Made by a program: the position numbers and the translations under genes. Positions 58,747 to 64,000 of a stretch of 64,000 nt of DNA are shown piece after piece. Below the pieces are notes generated by a model, which saw only the letters and a program-made list of their open reading frames with translations, had not been told where the DNA came from and made no database searches. Position 1 is the first letter of the stretch. Every line of letters begins with the position of its first letter. The stretch comes from Eledone cirrhosa (taxonomy: Eukaryota), in contig OZ024750.1 of NCBI GenBank assembly GCA_964016885.1, positions 31,620,001 to 31,684,000 of the forward strand, in the 5' to 3' direction.

Positions 58747-61184
58747 AATATATATATATAAAGTTGGAAATATGCCTCAAATATCTATATTAAGTTGGAT
58801 ATATGCCTTCAATCTATTGTTAGTGACACTCATACATTTTAGCAAACATAATACTTAACTTTCAAAAATTTCACACAGAAAAGTTTTAGACTATTTAACT
58901 AAATACAAAATATACAATTCACGTTCGGAAATACGATTAGATGAGCAGTGATTTGGCACCCAGTGCTGACCCACCATCAGAGCGTGTTTAATGATGGAAA
59001 CTCCAACGAACGTTGGATATTTTCCGATTCCAAATCATCCGCCCCGAGGCTTTGTTCACTGAAGATGAATATATATGTGGGCTCTTAAACATTAATATTC
59101 AAATAAATACATTATCCGTGTAACTTCTGTTTTATTTCATTCGGATTTGAATTCCCACCAGAATAAATTTCTTTTCTATCTTAATATTATGGAGAGAAAT
59201 TCGCACATATAAATGACCCACTTCTTTAGAAATTATTATATTGTACAAACAAAATATTCTTTTGTCGATATATATCGGACACAATCCATTAACTTTACAA
59301 TTTGTGTAGCATTGTTCCATCATTATGTCTTTTAAAATACATACTAACTGGAGTTTATTGCTCTTCACAGACATAATGTGAACATTACCCTCTCCTAAAG
59401 TGCATTCAGCACTTGAAATATTCATATGAGAAGTTCGGGTGTAGTCGTTTTAAAGAAAGGAGTATCATTTCATTAAATATAACCTGTTCTTGTCTGCTGC
59501 AATATTTTATCTATACTGGAATGGGAAAATGTGCAACCTATATTGGCATGATTCACGTACATGTAAAATAAACACATACAAGATGTCACTCTCTCTCTCT
59601 CTCTCTCTCTCTCTTTATGTATCACTATGTCAATGCAATCCCGTATAATGCAAAGCTAATTACAGGACTGATACAGCAAAGTGAATAAGTTGATGACAAG
59701 CATTTACAATCCAAACTTTGTAAACATACTTGCTTCTTACCCAAGGCGTTGAGTACTTAGTGCGCACGAATTCTCCCGCAAGGGAAAGATAAAAACATGG
59801 AATTCCGTTCGAATATTATCTTAATAAAAATGCAAAATCAAATTCATCGTCATGCCAGAATTTGCTTGAAGAATATTATCGCAGCCGAAAGCAAAGTATC
59901 TATCGGTAAATGTTTCTTCGCTCGTGTTTTGGGCGTTTTTGATTAGCAAACTAATTTTGATCTGCTGGTATTCATATTTGTATGTATATATTTGCCTGAA
60001 AACTAAACATTTATATGTTATACGATTTCTTTACTGGAGTATAAATGATGATATATATCTTAAAAAGAAAAAGTAAATAATTTTTCGAAAAATATTTAAA
60101 AGACTAATTTGTTTATGCCATTTCATCAAAATTTGCTTTCAGAAGATTACTGGCTATGTAACGTAAGTCAGTGAGTGAACTACTGAACGGAAACAAACTT
60201 AGATAAACAGGAAAATGAATAGAAACAAACAAGAAGTTAGCGGAACCCTTAAACATTGATTAATATAAGTATGTCGTGTAACGGAGACGTTGTTCTTGTA
60301 ATATGTTTAGGAATATTGTTCCCGATTGTCTATGTATGTTATCAACTTATCATGGTCTATATTTAAATAGATATACGAAGGAAATGTTAGAAAGTTAGAA
60401 AGTCAAGCGTTGCTGTATCGTATCCGATTCTATCTATTCAAATGAATACAAATATTGTTAAGATATTAAAGTTGTTCTGGATTCTTGAATTGAATTGGGT
60501 ATGTACATTACATCTTGTAGAAACTGACGTAATATGTACATATAAAATAATTAAAGAAGATATTATCCAGTAGCATATGAAAAACTCATGCTTGTTGTTC
60601 TGTTTTCCATTCCGTTACCTACATACATCAGCCATTAATGTTAGAACAGCTATGCTGTTAATATGCGTGAAATGTTCAAACAACCGATGACACGTATTTC
60701 GCCATATCATATTCTTTGACAGTTGAGAGAAATGTCTTCTGTTATGGTTGATTTGATTTCTATCTAAATTGTCACCATGAAAGCAAGTGTCCTATATTGC
60801 GGGCTGCAGCACAAGTTTCATGCACCGATTGGCCAACAACTTTCGGGTAGTTTGTTCTTTAGTGATGGTTGCTTCAGGAACAATCCGTCTACCAAATCCA
60901 ATTTTAGGTGCTCTATAATTTCTCTATTAAATCATTGAAATGGTAAATCAAAGAATGGATGTAGTGTATTCTGTCCGTGCGATACTCCGTAAAGTACAAT
61001 AGCATTTATCAAGTTTTATAGATGACATTTAAGCAACAATCATGAGACAATACTTTGGAGATAATAAAGTTCACGAACAGAAAACATCTATACTTTAAAT
61101 ATCTAAACTAAACAAGAGATATTTGCCTGTTCATGTGGAACCCAGCGTCGTAGCCGCCAACATAAGATGTCAACATGCACTAGT

Positions 61185-61269
<85 letters not shown>

Positions 61270-61419
61270 GATGGACGTGAGAAAAAGTACTTATTACTGA
61301 AGTAGGATTTAAATATTGATTTGGCTAAGTATGCGCACTCGCTCTCAGAACGTAGACATAAGTGAATACATACGTACATATATATATATATATATATGTG
61401 TGTGTGTATGTGTGTGTGC

Positions 61420-61483
<64 letters not shown>

Positions 61484-61496
61484 TATATATATATAT

Positions 61497-61566
<70 letters not shown>

Positions 61567-61702
61567 CATATATATATATATATATATATATCATATATAT
61601 ATATATATATATATATCATATATATATATATATATATATATCATATATATATATATATATATATATCATATATATATATATATGTGTATATATATATATA
61701 TG

Positions 61703-61776
<74 letters not shown>

Positions 61777-61787
61777 ATATATATATA

Positions 61788-61820
<33 letters not shown>

Positions 61821-61869
61821 CATATATATATATATATGTGTATATATATATATATATCATATATATATA

Positions 61870-61913
<44 letters not shown>

Positions 61914-61960
61914 AATATATATATATATGTGTATATATATATATATATATATCATATATA

Positions 61961-62007
<47 letters not shown>

Positions 62008-62040
62008 ATATATATATATATGTGTATATATATATATATA

Positions 62041-62087
<47 letters not shown>

Positions 62088-62092
<5 letters not shown>

Positions 62093-62690
62093 TGTGACAA
62101 AATGGGGAGAAGAATACTGCAGGTTGCACATGGATAACATGTTATAAAATGAGTCCCTCATCAGTGATTTGCCAACGATCATAGATATTTCATTGCATTA
62201 AAAATCATATACCTCACGTTGGTGCAATAATAACTAAATTAAGTTATTATGACAATTAAAACGCGTAAAGCGAGTGAGACAAGTAACAACAAAGAGGAAA
62301 GCTAACCGTAGATAGGAAGGGCACAAGCTACATAGTTATTATGTCAGCATAAACTGGGTGAATATATGAGCGCGTAAAAAATAGACCTTTCGAGATGAAT
62401 CCAAATGTAAGAAAGAAGGAAATTGTTTTCGTCGCGAACGGGGTGAAGTGAGAAGGGGAGAAACAGTGAATGAGTGAGTGGAAGTGTGAGGAAGAGGTCA
62501 GTAGAGAGAAAGTGTTAACTGACATGACAGAGGGGGCGAAAGAAAGTAAGAGAAACAGAGAGAACGAGGGAGCAGTAAGAGAGAGAGAGAGAGAGAAAAA
62601 CAGAATCGCAGTTTAGGTAAATATATGTGAAAAAATGGGGAGAAGAATACTGCAGGTTGCACATGGATAACATGTTATAAAATGTTATAA
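62088..62690 (-). mobile_element. Family D element with ~62-bp terminal direct repeat (partial tandem)
   Basis: atatgtga.aaaatggggagaagaatactgcaggttgcacatggataacatgttataaaatg occurs at about 62090 and 62623. Confidence 0.65.
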
Positions 62691-62791
62691 CATGTTATAT
62701 ATATTCATACATATATATATAAATAATTTATTATTATATTACATTCAAAGTAAAGGATGTCATGAATGATACAAAATCAAACACACACACG

Positions 62792-62846
<55 letters not shown>

Positions 62847-64000
62847 ATGTGTGATTTTCATATAATAAAATGAAACTATAATCTTTTACTTTTTGCAGAA
62901 CTTTGGTGCATTTCTTGTATGTGTTTTACTTACATCGCAGTCTCCCTCTTACAAATCCTATTCTGCTAGTCTTTTAACAGGAAATAGAGATACCGATTAC
63001 GAATTGTGTGTGTACATGAGTGTATATATATATGGGTGTGCGTGTGTATGTATATTTGTATGTGTTTGTGTGTGACTATCTGTTCATATAATTGTATGAA
63101 TGGTTTTACATTTTAGCTATCTATATTTTTAGGTTAGTGTTCCTCATTCTGATTAGAAAGCTGTAGGGCATCGTGCCAAATTTCCACCTTTATTTATCCA
63201 TGAAATGTGTAGGACACTGCCGTAAAACAGAAAAAGTGATTACGATAATCGATTGAAAGTTTCACCATACAAACAGCACTACATAGTGTCAAGTTTTACA
63301 AAGTTACCATAGCCGAATTCTCGTGTTTTCTCATTTCTAACTAACAACGCTCCACGTTATTTTTCCGTCTATTCACGTAACGAGACATTGAAGACGTGTA
63401 TCACGTTTTATTTACTTATTCATTAAACATTTACTCGACAGCTTTGAACTAATGGTGATCGATCGTTACTTATCATTGTCTATCATTTATCGATATACTT
63501 CTCCATCAATTTACTTAACTCCACAGGGAACTTGCTTCTTTATTGATCTCAGTTCGCCTTTACTCATAACCAGCAGACGTAGCAGATCCGTTCACCTGGT
63601 GCCACATTATTATGTTAATGGTAGAAAGTTATTTTTTTTCTTCTTATAAATTTTGATAAACTACACGAGAACAGCTGTTACGTTGTTAGTTTATAAAAAA
63701 TACATTTGGCAAGGGAAAGCGAATATATATATTGCAAAGTATTAACGAAACAAAGTCTCTAGCACCCTTCAAACTAAAAAAAAAAAGAACATGTCTTTTT
63801 ACCTGCAAGGCAGCTAAATATGTAATGGACCTTGACATTTGAAATATATTTTGTGCTATTTCATTTTAATGTTATTTTAACATTTGAATATAAACTCCTG
63901 GTCAACATAGACGACAATGTGGTTTCTATTCTTGTTAGAAGCGATGTCACTTCACTGGTGGTCACATGTAGTTACAGAACATTAAAAAGGGTACCTCATG

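Noticed and set aside
58750-61180. Possible host exons, including the 97-aa ORF 59132-59425
   Set aside because: No recognisable domain or convincing splice structure. Small exons cannot be excluded without RNA data.

Overview
AT-rich eukaryotic non-genic DNA, probably from a cephalopod such as Octopus (inferred from SINE types and microsatellite density). No host gene is recognisable, and most listed ORFs are microsatellite artefacts. Identifiable coding sequence is all retrotransposon-derived: a near-complete RTE LINE (4375-7317, one in-frame stop) plus two truncated copies; a Tx1/L1-clade element with an intact ORF2 (51879-56577) plus a 3' fragment, both set in (TATC)n; and Penelope-like (RT/GIY-YIG) fragments. 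There are also about 15 tRNA-derived SINEs and a piggyBac-type MITE. The main hidden signal is a population of short non-coding elements lodged in (TA)n tracts. These carry minimal type-I hammerhead ribozymes: about 14 recognisable motifs from at least 6 sequence families, including tandem retrozyme-like units and a U3-A8 core variant. A dozen or more insertions share a 5'-inverted (fold-back or twin-priming) architecture. All alignments and folds were made by eye.
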